Of a DNA stretch of 64,000 bases, positions 37,876 through 48,229 are shown piece by piece. The stretch comes from Candidatus Bathyarchaeota archaeon (lineage in GTDB: Archaea; Thermoproteota; Bathyarchaeia; Bathyarchaeales; Bathycorpusculaceae): assembly GCA_963739305.1 (NCBI GenBank), contig CAVTZU010000028.1, positions 32,001-96,000 of the forward strand, written 5' to 3'. Position 1 is the stretch's first letter; each line of letters begins with the position of its first letter. The notes under the pieces were generated by a model. The model did not search any database and was not told where the DNA came from. It worked only from the letters and a program-made list of their open reading frames with translations. The translations under genes and the position numbers were made by a program.

Positions 37876-39309
37876 TCAGTGTTTCTCAATTCTCCATCTA
37901 ACGCCCTGAGCAGTATCTTCGACTATTACGCCCATGATTCTGAGTTGATCTCTTAGCTCGTCAGCCGTTTTCCAGTCTTTGGATTTTCGGGCTTCCTCTC
38001 GTTTTCGAATCAGCTCCATCGCTTCGCTTGGAAGTTCTTCTGTCTTTTTCACTTGGCCGATGACGCCTAAAGCCTCGTCGAATTTGAGCATCAAGCCGTA
38101 CACTTCACGTCCTTCTTCCTTGCTTACCTCACCATTATCCAAAAGATTGTTTACGTCTCTGACAAAATCGAAAAGATGAGCTAGAGCGACGCTTATGTTC
38201 AGGTCGTCATCCATAGCCGACTCAAATCCCCTTTGCACACCGTCGACAAGTTGTTTCAGTTTGTCCCCTGCAGGTTTGCCGTTTGTCTCAAGCAGACGAT
38301 GCACGAAGTTTCTCAAACGATCAAGCGCTTTCTGGGCTGCTTCCAACCCTTCAAAAGTGAAGTTGATCTGCTGCCTGTAATGCACGGACATCATCAAATA
38401 TCGGATCGCAATTGGATCAAAGCCTTTCCCGGTTAGATCCTTCAGAGTGTAATAATTGTGAAGTCTCTTGGCCATCTTCTTTCCTTCAACGAGCAAGTGT
38501 TCGTTGTGCAGCCAATAGTTCACAAATTTCTTCCCCGTCGCCGATTCGCTCTGGGCTATCTCGTTTTCATGATGCGGAAACAGGTTATCGACGCCGCCGC
38601 AGTGAATGTCAAAGGTTTCTCCCAAATACTTCATCGACATCGCGGAGCACTCGACGTGCCAGCCGGGTCTTCCTTTGCCCACCTCCGTTTCCCAGTAAAC
38701 GTCGCCGTCATCCTTGTCCCAAGCCTTCCACAGAACGAAATCAGACGCCTCTTCCTTGGCGTACTCATCGACCTTAACTCTCGCGCCTGGCTTGAGATCT
38801 TCAACTTGAATCTTGGCAAGCTTCCCGTAGTCTTTGACCTTTGATATGTTGAAGTAGATCGAGCCGTCTTCCCCTCTATACGCGTAGCCTTTTTCCAGAA
38901 GCTTCTTAACGAGTGCCACCATTTCCGGAATATGATCGGTTGCTTTCGGATAGTGAGTAGCTCTCTCAAGGTTCAATGCATCAATGTCTTCGAAGAACGC
39001 TTTGGTGAATCGCTCCGTATACTCCTTCAACTGTACACCCTGAGTTCTCGATGCCTTGATGGTCCTGTCATCCACATCCGTCAAATTCATAACATGTACA
39101 ACTTGAAAGCCTCGGTACTCAAGCCACCTTTTCAGCATGTCTTCGAACAGGAATGCCCTCAAGTTGCCAATGTGAACGTAATCATAGACCGTGGGGCCAC
39201 AAGTGTACATCTTCACGTGGCCCGGTTCCATTGGAACGAACCTCTCCTTTTCGCGCGTCAGAGTGTTGAAAAACTGAATGCTACTGGACTGCATACTCGC
39301 TTTTCCCAT
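37876..39309 (-). CDS. cysS: Cysteine--tRNA ligase
   Basis: CGPTVY, HIGN, GRPGWHVEC, KMAK. Confidence 0.98.
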   Translation of the reverse strand: MGKASMQSSSIQFFNTLTREKERFVPMEPGHVKMYTCGPTVYDYVHIGNLRAFLFEDMLKRWLEYRGFQVVHVMNLTDVDDRTIKASRTQGVQLKEYTERFTKAFFEDIDALNLERATHYPKATDHIPEMVALVKKLLEKGYAYRGEDGSIYFNISKVKDYGKLAKIQVEDLKPGARVKVDEYAKEEASDFVLWKAWDKDDGDVYWETEVGKGRPGWHVECSAMSMKYLGETFDIHCGGVDNLFPHHENEIAQSESATGKKFVNYWLHNEHLLVEGKKMAKRLHNYYTLKDLTGKGFDPIAIRYLMMSVHYRQQINFTFEGLEAAQKALDRLRNFVHRLLETNGKPAGDKLKQLVDGVQRGFESAMDDDLNISVALAHLFDFVRDVNNLLDNGEVSKEEGREVYGLMLKFDEALGVIGQVKKTEELPSEAMELIRKREEARKSKDWKTADELRDQLRIMGVIVEDTAQGVRWRIEKH

Positions 39310-39443
39310 AGAGAATGAGACGGAGCATATTTAAGCATTATACCATCAAACGACAACTTTAGCCTGGGACCGTTCAGTCATTCCGAGCAACCGATACGAA
39401 TAATAACGGTTCACAATCATTTCATTCAGCAGTCGGTGAAAGA

Positions 39444-40670
39444 ATGAACAAACTTAAACTCCTCGTCTTGATTGAAATGGCTATTCTCGCCGTTTCCGCC
39501 ACGTCTTTAGTTTCTCGTTCATTCTGCCAATCCTCCAATGACGTTTGGATCGTTCACGACACGATTGATCCTACTCTCGAAGGGGTGAGATGGCAAGAAA
39601 CCGGAGTAATCGATCAGGCTCCATCTTGGATAACCGACGGCAGATGGCTCGAGGTGTCAACGCGGGAAAATCTGGTCAGCCCCAACGACATCTTCGTCTC
39701 GATGTATGAACTTTTCAACTGGTCACTCGTGAAAACAGCGTACAATCTTCAGTTCGCCACGTTCAATGATTTCACCCAGTATCTAGTTAACAATCCCGAC
39801 TGGTGGCTCGAAGAGACTTGGCTACTAGATACATCTTGGTACGGAATAGCGACCAACACAACAGGCATAAGCTGGTCATTCAACCAGCTCAACTCTGAAG
39901 CGCAACTCTGGACATGGTACCACATCACACGCATACCTGAATATTTCGTCGGAAGCGAACGACTGTCCAACTGGCTCGTCGGTTTTGACTTGACACCAAT
40001 TTCAATCGGAAACTTGGAGATCTACCAGTTTTCTGAGGACACAAATCAGGCAGGGTCTCAGTACAACCTCTACTTCAAAGCTCCAGCCAACATTCTCACG
40101 CAGCACTCCAACAACTACACCCTCACTCTCGGAGTCAACCCACTCAATGCTGGTCGAACGCTCAATATCGACCAGTGGGTTGACGTGAACATGCCTGCAG
40201 ACACGGAAATAAAGGAGACATCACCATCCAACATGTCCCTTATGAAGGGCAACACTGCCACTTTTGTAATATCCAAAGATGATCCTCTTCCAACCTCATT
40301 CACAGTGGTAAGCGGTTCGCCGTCGAAGAGCTTCAGTCAAGTAGTCTGGGAAAGCGCGAGCGTCTGGTTGCTGACCCCGGGAGGATGGGCAGCCATGGCC
40401 ACACTCGTGGTTCTCTCCTATACGGCTTTCAGAGGCAGAAGAATCTGGGGCCGAAGCAAGCTATACCACCGGATGTACAAGAGCATGGTTACGATTTTCA
40501 ACCTCTACTCCTCAGATATCATAAAGTTTCACCAAGAAATGGCCAACATCTCATCCTCTGTCTTCAACCTGCTCATCGAAGACAAGATCACTGACGAACA
40601 GTTCGAAAAACTGCTTGTAAGAAGGGATGATCTCGTGAAAAGAGTGCAAGGGGAACCCCCGAAACCTTAA
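39444..40670 (+). CDS. Type I membrane/surface protein
   Basis: Signal peptide, sequon-rich ectodomain, one TM, cytoplasmic helical tail. Confidence 0.8.
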   Translation: MNKLKLLVLIEMAILAVSATSLVSRSFCQSSNDVWIVHDTIDPTLEGVRWQETGVIDQAPSWITDGRWLEVSTRENLVSPNDIFVSMYELFNWSLVKTAYNLQFATFNDFTQYLVNNPDWWLEETWLLDTSWYGIATNTTGISWSFNQLNSEAQLWTWYHITRIPEYFVGSERLSNWLVGFDLTPISIGNLEIYQFSEDTNQAGSQYNLYFKAPANILTQHSNNYTLTLGVNPLNAGRTLNIDQWVDVNMPADTEIKETSPSNMSLMKGNTATFVISKDDPLPTSFTVVSGSPSKSFSQVVWESASVWLLTPGGWAAMATLVVLSYTAFRGRRIWGRSKLYHRMYKSMVTIFNLYSSDIIKFHQEMANISSSVFNLLIEDKITDEQFEKLLVRRDDLVKRVQGEPPKP

Positions 40671-40765
40671 CAAAACGAGAAGGCACCAACGGAAAAGCGT
40701 GAATTTGTGGAATAGCTCTCTACTTTCTTGCAGTTCGATCCGAGACAGAAATTCGTTTTCGGCAT

Positions 40766-41584
40766 TTATGGTGGTGGCGGAGGAGGAGGCGGAATCATGG
40801 TGAAGTTAGGGGTCGATTCCGTCAAGGTTTCAAAGAAGTTTTGGAAGTTGAAATGACCTCCGAGAAGGTCTCTTAGAACTATCAAGAACAAGGGCAGAGT
40901 GAAAACTATGTTCAAGAGTAGCCCATACAGAGGTAATCCCACAAAGGCCAAAACGATCGCTATGCTGTTCCAAACCATATGGTTAGCAACTCCCAAAAAG
41001 GAAAGGAGCAAAAACAGAGTGGCGGAGTTATCGGAAGACCTATTCGGCGAGGGGCGACGTGAAAACATTACGAAAAAACTCATGCCTACGAATGCAGTCC
41101 ATATTGGATGCATGAAAATTACTATCAGTCTCGTCAAGACCGTTTCCACAGTCGGCGAGGAGGCCACGTAGATTATGAATTCTGAGACCCCGAACCCCAA
41201 ACCTGCAGCAGCACCAAGAGCAGCTCCGTAGCGACGATTTGGAATCATCTTCCACATAAAAAGGACAACTACTAACACACCCAAAGCTTTGAACAACTCC
41301 TCCAAAATTGGCGCAAAAATAGCTGTCGTCACGGCGAAACCCACCCCTATCAAGAACACTAGTTCGACTACAAAGGACAATCCCATGCTCGCCAAAGCTG
41401 AGAAGATAAACGCTACGATGAGGCCAGAGTTGGGAGACTTTCCCTCAGGAAGCTGTGACGAATATTCAAGAGCGGAAAGTCTAGATCTGATGCGAGGAAA
41501 AAAGTTCGTTCCAGGACCGTGTAATCCCGTCAAAAGTTTCTGACGTGGAGGCGGAGGAGGAGGCGGAAGCGGTGGTTGTTCCAT
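40766..41584 (-). CDS. PrsW-family intramembrane protease with poly-Pro termini
   Basis: APILEELFK, GFGVSE, MHPIWT, NHMVWN. Confidence 0.88.
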   Translation of the reverse strand: MEQPPLPPPPPPPRQKLLTGLHGPGTNFFPRIRSRLSALEYSSQLPEGKSPNSGLIVAFIFSALASMGLSFVVELVFLIGVGFAVTTAIFAPILEELFKALGVLVVVLFMWKMIPNRRYGAALGAAAGLGFGVSEFIIYVASSPTVETVLTRLIVIFMHPIWTAFVGMSFFVMFSRRPSPNRSSDNSATLFLLLSFLGVANHMVWNSIAIVLAFVGLPLYGLLLNIVFTLPLFLIVLRDLLGGHFNFQNFFETLTESTPNFTMIPPPPPPPP

Positions 41585-41625
41585 TTGATTCCCGACATGG
41601 AGTACGTTTTCAAAGTGGCCGACCT

Positions 41626-42150
41626 CTACGGCGGTGGAGGCGGAGGAGGAGGCGGAGGAACCGTGGCAAAAACCTCTTTTACCGAAACCACCGTGGTTCC
41701 TGCCATGCGGTCAAAATATCTCTGTCTAGGGTCGGGTCCAGGAGTCGCTATGCCAATGAGGAAGTCGATGAGAAAGATGATCCAGAAAATCTTGCTCAAG
41801 TTTCTGGTCAGCACCTTGTTACTGGGCGCCTTGCTCCCGTCGAGCATCTGCACCTTCAAGCCCATCACTCTTTTTCCCAAGGTTGCAGCAGACGTTGAGG
41901 ATTCTAAGACCACGGAGTATATCACCCAGAGCAGGCCATAAAAAAGCGGCCAGAGTAACACATAAACAGCCCATGAGAGGGGGCCCAGAGCTTTTGCAAG
42001 TGGTGCTCCTCCGTTCCAAACGAGCGCCCACCATATGACCCACCCTATTATGGCAAAGGGGATGCTGTCGATTATGGCGGCGACGATTCTTAGAAGCCAG
42101 TGAGTACCCATGTCAACATGGGGATTTGGAGCTCCGTAGCCTGTAGACAT
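41626..42150 (-). CDS. RDD-family membrane protein with poly-Pro tail
   Basis: LRIVAAIID, TLGKRVMGLKV, QRYFDRMAGT. Confidence 0.92.
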   Translation of the reverse strand: MSTGYGAPNPHVDMGTHWLLRIVAAIIDSIPFAIIGWVIWWALVWNGGAPLAKALGPLSWAVYVLLWPLFYGLLWVIYSVVLESSTSAATLGKRVMGLKVQMLDGSKAPSNKVLTRNLSKIFWIIFLIDFLIGIATPGPDPRQRYFDRMAGTTVVSVKEVFATVPPPPPPPPPP

Positions 42151-42329
42151 TCTTTCAGCTCGCCTAGTAATCAGTATGATTCGTTTTTATTACTTTCTGT
42201 CTCTCCGAGAAAAAAGCGGTGCATACATCGAAGTGCTGACGAAACAAGCTTGAAAACAGAAGATGAACTCAAGAGTCTCAAAGCTTATAAACTGTTTCTC
42301 CAGATGAAATCACAAGGTGAAGTGACAAA

Positions 42330-42698
42330 ATGTCTAAGCAAGAAAAAGCGATGACAAAGGACCGTCTCATCGGCATGAAAGTCATAAACGCGGATGGTAA
42401 CAGTGCAGGAACCATCAAAGACATAGCGTTCACTGTCGGAAAGATGGGCATGACACTCCTCATCAAAACTGAGGATGGCGAGGACGTTGAGGTCCCGTGG
42501 GACCAAATTCAAGCAGCAGGAGACTTCGTCCTGCTGAAGCCTGCAGCTGCCCAGCCACAACCTTTCGTAACACAGCTAGGAGGGCAACCTCAACAGGCCC
42601 AAACGCAACAACCAACATGCCCTACTTGCGGGGGACCGTTGACTTACATTCAGCAATACCAGCGATGGTACTGTTACAAAGACAAGAAGTACGTCTAA
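42330..42698 (+). CDS. PRC-barrel protein with C-terminal CPTC..RWYC zinc ribbon
   Basis: LIGMKVINADG..GTIKDI..VPWDQI..GDFVLL. Confidence 0.88.
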   Translation: MSKQEKAMTKDRLIGMKVINADGNSAGTIKDIAFTVGKMGMTLLIKTEDGEDVEVPWDQIQAAGDFVLLKPAAAQPQPFVTQLGGQPQQAQTQQPTCPTCGGPLTYIQQYQRWYCYKDKKYV

Positions 42699-42754
42699 AA
42701 GAGCTACACCTCGATTTTTTCTTCTTTTCCTTCCGTCTGGCCAAAAGATAATTG

Positions 42755-43336
42755 CTAGACATATTTCTTTTCGTTCTGACAATACCATCTGTTGTATTGT
42801 TGAATGAAAGTCAGAGGCTGACCGCATGTCGGACAAACAGGGGCGGCTGCCATTGGTGGCGGCGGAGGGGCTCTTGAGATATGGGATAAATTGAATATTC
42901 CAGGCATCGCGAAGGGTCTCTTTTCAAGCATTCCGCCAAAATACCCGCCGATCATGAAAAATACGAATGCAAACAGTACGCTTATGAGCCATCCCAGAAA
43001 GGTACTGCCAGCTGTGTTCGGAGTCAGGACGGCTGAAATTATCGTTTGAAAAAGAGTAATTATTGTGTAGATGAATGCCGTGAAGAATCCGGCGCTGAGA
43101 CCTTCCATCTCGAGCTTTTCACCCGTTGCATGGAATCTGAAGTTGAGGTAGGAAGCTACCATTCCTCCCGGTATCGTGAAAAAGACGTCAGCCACGACGA
43201 GTATCCCGACGAATTGGATCATGTCCTTGGCACCGCCCGTTGCGGAGACAAGAGCGAATTCACCGAACAGGAAACCAATCAGACCTGCAACGAGGTAATC
43301 CAGCAAGGATCCTTCTCTTGAAGCCATACGAACCAC
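42755..43336 (-). CDS. Four-TM protein with poly-Pro and CPTC..RWYC zinc ribbon
   Basis: Hydrophobic helices; CPTCGQPLTFIQQYNRWYC. Confidence 0.8.
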   Translation of the reverse strand: MVRMASREGSLLDYLVAGLIGFLFGEFALVSATGGAKDMIQFVGILVVADVFFTIPGGMVASYLNFRFHATGEKLEMEGLSAGFFTAFIYTIITLFQTIISAVLTPNTAGSTFLGWLISVLFAFVFFMIGGYFGGMLEKRPFAMPGIFNLSHISRAPPPPPMAAAPVCPTCGQPLTFIQQYNRWYCQNEKKYV

Positions 43337-43585
43337 CCATCTAACGTCCAGTTTCTCTGCTCTTGTTTTTCACAGGTATTTAACACTTTATACCTCATGC
43401 GCGATGGCCTGCAGCGGTCTGCTGTGGTAGGTTGCCAAAAATCACCGACCATACAACGACGAAGTATAGAGCAAGCGTGAAATCTCAAGACTTTCCGAAT
43501 TTCGCCAGAGAAATCGAATACCCTTGTTATAGAAAAACCTCAGAGAAACATATAAGACTGCAGATACGGGATATTCCTGAACAAA

Positions 43586-44722
43586 ATGTATCCTGAAACA
43601 AAAAGTTTCGGCGTTTTCGAACCTTTGGTGGGTTCGTGGTATGAATCACTGAAAAACCCCGGAAAGTCTCAAGAGCAGCTCCTCACCAGTTTACTGGAGA
43701 AATATTCCAAGACGCAATATGGAAACGATCATGGAGCGGCAAGGATCAAGGGAATCACCGACTTCAGGGAACATTTTCCTAGGCTGGACTACAAAGGACT
43801 AGCCCCTTATCTATCCGAAGTTATCAACGGCAACTACGGTTCACTTCTACCCGAGCCCTTGGCTTGCTGGGTAATGACACGCGGATCCACAGGCCCAGCA
43901 AAAGTGTTACCTGCCACTCAGACACACATTGAACAAATACTCACCTGCGGATCGAGAGCGCTAATAAACTATGCTCTCAGGACCAAAAACTATGAGCTCT
44001 TTGACGGCAAAATTTTCAACCTGAACTTCCCGTCGAACGTTCACACTATGACGATGAATGGACAAGAGATGACATATGGCTACAGCTCCGGAACCTATGC
44101 GAGACTAATTCCCGCATTAGAGCAGATCCAACTTCTGCCCAAACAAGAAGACATAGACTCCACCGGATCAGGAATCACCAAGAGAGATTGGGAAAACAGG
44201 TTTGAGATTGCCTATGAGCAAGCTTTGAGCCAGAACGTCGAAGCCGCGATGGGCGTGACACCAGTTATCTTAGCGTTTGCCAAGTATGTCACGAGAAAAC
44301 ATGGAAAGAAACCGAAGGATCTGTGGAAACTGAAAGCACTGTTCTGTACTAGTGTTCGAAAAATCCAGTTTAGGTACGCACCTACACTTAGAAAGTATTT
44401 TGGGCAGATACCGGTAATTGAAATGTACAGCGCGACGGAAGGCGTGTTTGGTCAACAGCTCGACGAGCTGCCCTACATCACTCCCAACTATGACAGTTAC
44501 TTTTTCGAGGTGGTGACCAGCCGTGGACTCAAGATGTTGCATGAACTGAAAAGAGGAGAATGGGGAGAACTCCTTGTGTCATCATGCATGTTTCCAAGAT
44601 ACGCGATCGGAGACATGATCGAAGCAGCAGGAAAGGATCACTTCAGAGTCTTCGGAAGACAAAACTTTCGAACGATACTGGAGCACCGACTGCACAGAAT
44701 GTTTCTTGGATGGTCAATCTAG
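43586..44722 (+). CDS. GH3-family (adenylate-forming) protein
   Basis: TRGSTG, YSATEG, RYAIGD; N-terminal TQYG..F..HFPRLDY. Confidence 0.85.
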   Translation: MYPETKSFGVFEPLVGSWYESLKNPGKSQEQLLTSLLEKYSKTQYGNDHGAARIKGITDFREHFPRLDYKGLAPYLSEVINGNYGSLLPEPLACWVMTRGSTGPAKVLPATQTHIEQILTCGSRALINYALRTKNYELFDGKIFNLNFPSNVHTMTMNGQEMTYGYSSGTYARLIPALEQIQLLPKQEDIDSTGSGITKRDWENRFEIAYEQALSQNVEAAMGVTPVILAFAKYVTRKHGKKPKDLWKLKALFCTSVRKIQFRYAPTLRKYFGQIPVIEMYSATEGVFGQQLDELPYITPNYDSYFFEVVTSRGLKMLHELKRGEWGELLVSSCMFPRYAIGDMIEAAGKDHFRVFGRQNFRTILEHRLHRMFLGWSI

Positions 44723-45135
44723 GGCGCCGGGTGCCTCTTTCTCAACACCAATGCCCCGTACGCCGCTGCAACGATGATTATTAACCCGACGAGTACGAGG
44801 AAGAACGCCCAGAGGAACCGCCATTCGAAAGTGCGGTACATCCCGAGCCACCAAACCAGTCCCAAGAAGACCAGAATTAAGCCTCCAACCAGAGGCCCCA
44901 AGAATCCGTACTCGCCCTTCTCGTGTTTCTCTCCCTTTTCTTGCTTCTCGTGCTTCTCGTGTTTCTCACTTTTCTCCTCGTCCTTCTCGCGCCTTCGATA
45001 TTCTCTTCGCGTAGCTGGAGCCGGAGGAGGAGTGGCAGCCTGCTGCATCTTCAGAGGAGCTCCACACTTAGAGCAGAAACTCATTTCTTCAGTAATTGGG
45101 GAACCACATTTTGGACAGTAGGACATACTCTGCAC
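44719..45135 (-). CDS. Zinc-ribbon + two-TM protein with EKxEK repeats
   Basis: YCPKCG..FCSKCG; EKSEKHEKHEKQEKGEKHEK. Confidence 0.85.
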   Translation of the reverse strand: MQSMSYCPKCGSPITEEMSFCSKCGAPLKMQQAATPPPAPATRREYRRREKDEEKSEKHEKHEKQEKGEKHEKGEYGFLGPLVGGLILVFLGLVWWLGMYRTFEWRFLWAFFLVLVGLIIIVAAAYGALVLRKRHPAP

Positions 45136-45175
45136 CTGTTTGTTACTTTTATTCGGAACAATTAGTATTTAAAAC

Positions 45176-45748
45176 ATGCTAAACTCGGCAAGTGTTATAT
45201 ACGCTCACAGAGCTAGAATATTTCGAAAGGAGGCAGGCCATTTGAGTTCGCAAGGATTCTCACACCAACATCGCGAAGGAATTCTCAGTGCGATTTCTGC
45301 CGGTGTCTTCTTTGTTTTGATCGGATCACTGTTCATAATTCACCCAAATCTATATGATAACCTGGTCTCTTTCTTCTCAGACTTCAAAGTAGCCGCTGCT
45401 TTTGGTACCAATAACATCACGTTACCTATACCGATCGACGTTGCATCACACGTCAGTGTGTACACTGCTGCGGAGCAATTCAGCCTGGCATGGGGAGTTT
45501 TCCTCGTGGCAGCAATTGTTGTAAGGTTTGCAGTGAACACGCCGACCAGGAGGAAGGCACAGAACATTTCGGACATAATCTTCTGGTTTGGAACAGCCTA
45601 TCTCATTCAAACCTGGTTGATTGGTCAGGCTAAATGGTTCGAATTCTGGGCACTTACAATCATTCTCCTCGGAATCTCGCTCGTGGCAAGAGCAATATAC
45701 CTTGCTTTAGTTTCAGCAACTCGCCACCAAAATGTGAAAACCCAATAG
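45176..45748 (+). CDS. Membrane protein
   Basis: Four hydrophobic segments; the start is probably TTG at about 45242. Confidence 0.7.
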   Translation: MLNSASVIYAHRARIFRKEAGHLSSQGFSHQHREGILSAISAGVFFVLIGSLFIIHPNLYDNLVSFFSDFKVAAAFGTNNITLPIPIDVASHVSVYTAAEQFSLAWGVFLVAAIVVRFAVNTPTRRKAQNISDIIFWFGTAYLIQTWLIGQAKWFEFWALTIILLGISLVARAIYLALVSATRHQNVKTQ

Positions 45749-45772
45749 ACCAGCAGACTTCGGGGTGACAGA

Positions 45773-46186
45773 TTGCCCATTTCTTACTCAGAAGCCCCAG
45801 ATGTCAAAAAACTCGCAGATGAAATCGCCGAAAGCCTCGAATTCTTCCACGTCGTTCCGCAGTATGTGTTTTGTCTCAGAAGCAAAGGCTCGAGTTCCAG
45901 ACGAACCATCGCCCGCATTCACGGACTCGGCAAGGTGTGGCAGGAGACACTTAACATACCGCCGTCCTACGTAATTGAGGTCATTTCTGAACGGTACGAC
46001 AGACTTACCCAGGACGAAAAAGAGAAAACGGTCATCCATGAACTCCTACATGTTCCTGCAGCCTTCGCTGGAGGTTTTCGTCCCCACAAAGGATACATCA
46101 ACGATGAAATCGTCGACAAACTTCACGGGACATTTCGCAAACGGAGACAATCTGGAGGACAAGTTTTTAAGGAACATATGGAATGA
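45773..46186 (+). CDS. Putative metallopeptidase
   Basis: RSKGS..IARIHGL..YVIEVISE..IHELLHVP. Confidence 0.88.
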   Translation: MPISYSEAPDVKKLADEIAESLEFFHVVPQYVFCLRSKGSSSRRTIARIHGLGKVWQETLNIPPSYVIEVISERYDRLTQDEKEKTVIHELLHVPAAFAGGFRPHKGYINDEIVDKLHGTFRKRRQSGGQVFKEHME

Positions 46187-46236
46187 AAGAGGAAAACTGA
46201 AAATCATCGTCATCAGTTCACAATGAGAGAACCATC

Positions 46237-47844
46237 ATGAAATATTCCATGAAAAGCCTTGCCCACAACGGAATCTATGTTCCTCAGTTCGATTACAGGG
46301 GATTTAGTGTCAGGATACAAGGTCAGCCTATTAAGTTGTCGAGAAAGACAGAACAAATGACTGTGTTCTGGATAAGAAAAAGACAATCCCTAACTTCTCC
46401 TCCTGACAAAAAGTTCTACGAGAACTTCATCAAAGACTTCTTGCATGCCTTGAAATCAGAAAACCCCAATATCAGCTCTCTGCAGAGTTTTGAAAACGGC
46501 TACCTAGACAGCCTCGACGAGAACGAGTGGATGCATGACGAACACGCGCGAATCGACTTCTCAGAAATCGCAACATACGTCCAGCAAGAGCAAGAGAAGA
46601 GAACAAACATGCCCAAAGAGGAAAAGAAAAAACTCGCAGCTGAAAGAAAACTTGCTCGAGATGCACTAAGGGAAAGGTATGGATACGCAGTCGTTGACGG
46701 AAACAAACTTGAGATAGCAAACTGGACCGCCGAGCCATCCTGCATTTTCGCTGGGCGGGGAGACCATCCTAAGAGAGGGAAATGGAAAGAAGGACCCGCG
46801 GAGCAAGACATAATTCTGGACCTATCTTCTGACAGTCCGATGCCCCCTGGCAACTGGAAAGGCAGAATCTGGGAACCTGAGAAGATGTACATTGCAAAAT
46901 GGGAGGACAAGCTGACAGGAAAAATAAAGTACGTTTGGTTCTCCGACTCCGCCTTTCTGAAACAAAAAGCAGAAGAAGAGAAGTTCAAAAAGGCTGGAAA
47001 GCTCAGCAAGGAAATACCAAAGGTCAAAGCTCACATCTTGAAAAACCTTAGCGCCGAAGACCTAGACACACGAAAGACAGCAACGGTCAGCTGGCTCATC
47101 CTAGAAGTAAACATGAGAGTCGGCGACGAAAAAGATCCAGGCGAGGCCGACACGGTAGGCGCAATCACCTTGAGGCCCGAACACATAAAGATTGAAGGAA
47201 ACAAACTGAATTTTGATTTCTTAGGAAAAGACTGCGTAAGATGGACAAAATCGATCGAGGCCCCGCCCGTGGTCATAAAGAACATGCAAGAATTTTCCAA
47301 AATGAGCAAAGAATACCTTTTCGAAGGAATAAACTCAAGGAGGGTGTCACGATTCCTTTCAAAACAGATGGAAGGATTAACAGCAAAGGTGTTCAGAACA
47401 TGGAAATGCACAACGACTGTCAAGGAACATCTTGAAACGTGCAGCGTCACGAAAAACGATCCTGAGTACTCCAAGCAATACTGTGCAAAAATGGCTAATC
47501 TGAAAGCGGCGATAATAGCTAATCACAAGCGCAAGATCCCGCTGAACTACGAAGATAGACTTGCCAAAAAGCACGCACATGCCAAAGAACTCGAGATGAA
47601 GCTGAAAGAACGAAAAGAACAAGGCAAGAGCACCGAGACTCTCATGAAGAGACTGGAAAAGAGCAAGATTGATGCAAAACTTGCAGAAGAAACGAAAGAA
47701 TACAACCTTGGCACCTCTCTCAAATCTTACATCGACCCCATGACATATGTAAGATGGGCGAAAGATGTGGATTTTTCACTCGACAAGCTTTATCCTAAAA
47801 CCCTTCGAAAGAAGTTCAGCTGGGCCTTAGGACCGGAAAGCTGA
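46237..47844 (+). CDS. DNA topoisomerase IB (eukaryote-type)
   Basis: GRGDHPKRG, MRVGDEK, FLGKD, AKVFRT, ANH, TSLKSYIDP: catalytic R-K-R-H-Y. Confidence 0.95.
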   Translation: MKYSMKSLAHNGIYVPQFDYRGFSVRIQGQPIKLSRKTEQMTVFWIRKRQSLTSPPDKKFYENFIKDFLHALKSENPNISSLQSFENGYLDSLDENEWMHDEHARIDFSEIATYVQQEQEKRTNMPKEEKKKLAAERKLARDALRERYGYAVVDGNKLEIANWTAEPSCIFAGRGDHPKRGKWKEGPAEQDIILDLSSDSPMPPGNWKGRIWEPEKMYIAKWEDKLTGKIKYVWFSDSAFLKQKAEEEKFKKAGKLSKEIPKVKAHILKNLSAEDLDTRKTATVSWLILEVNMRVGDEKDPGEADTVGAITLRPEHIKIEGNKLNFDFLGKDCVRWTKSIEAPPVVIKNMQEFSKMSKEYLFEGINSRRVSRFLSKQMEGLTAKVFRTWKCTTTVKEHLETCSVTKNDPEYSKQYCAKMANLKAAIIANHKRKIPLNYEDRLAKKHAHAKELEMKLKERKEQGKSTETLMKRLEKSKIDAKLAEETKEYNLGTSLKSYIDPMTYVRWAKDVDFSLDKLYPKTLRKKFSWALGPES

Positions 47845-47984
47845 ACATGCGGGATATCTTCATTGGTTTGAAAAAAAACGAGTTTTAGTTTTCATCGACA
47901 TGAACAGATATTGATTCCAAGGAACGGCTCAGCTCACAACCATATAATCCAAAAGGCATATCTACGAAAAAAGATATAGTTGAG

Positions 47985-48053
47985 GGAGAATGGTAGAAAG
48001 TTTTTCCTGCGGGGAAAGGAGAAAGTTGAAAAATCTGGTTTCTACCATTCTCC
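47985..48053. repeat. Perfect 15-bp inverted repeat with 39-bp spacer
   Basis: GGAGAATGGTAGAAA / TTTCTACCATTCTCC. Confidence 0.8.
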
Positions 48054-48229
48054 ACACAAGAAGAGTCAATAACATTCTGCTCTTAACCTTGTCGTTAGTT
48101 TTCGATTTTGTCAACATCCCAGACTATCTTGAGGGAAAAACAAGGATGCATTTTTGAGGGCCGCAAAGACGTCTTGCTGCCCTCCTGTTCAGCTCGCATG
48201 CACAGGTTTCCGACATTTTCTTCTCGTCG

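Noticed and set aside
40769-41660. GGA/GGC/GGT tandem repeats as DNA repeat elements
   Set aside because: They are poly-proline codons of minus-strand genes.
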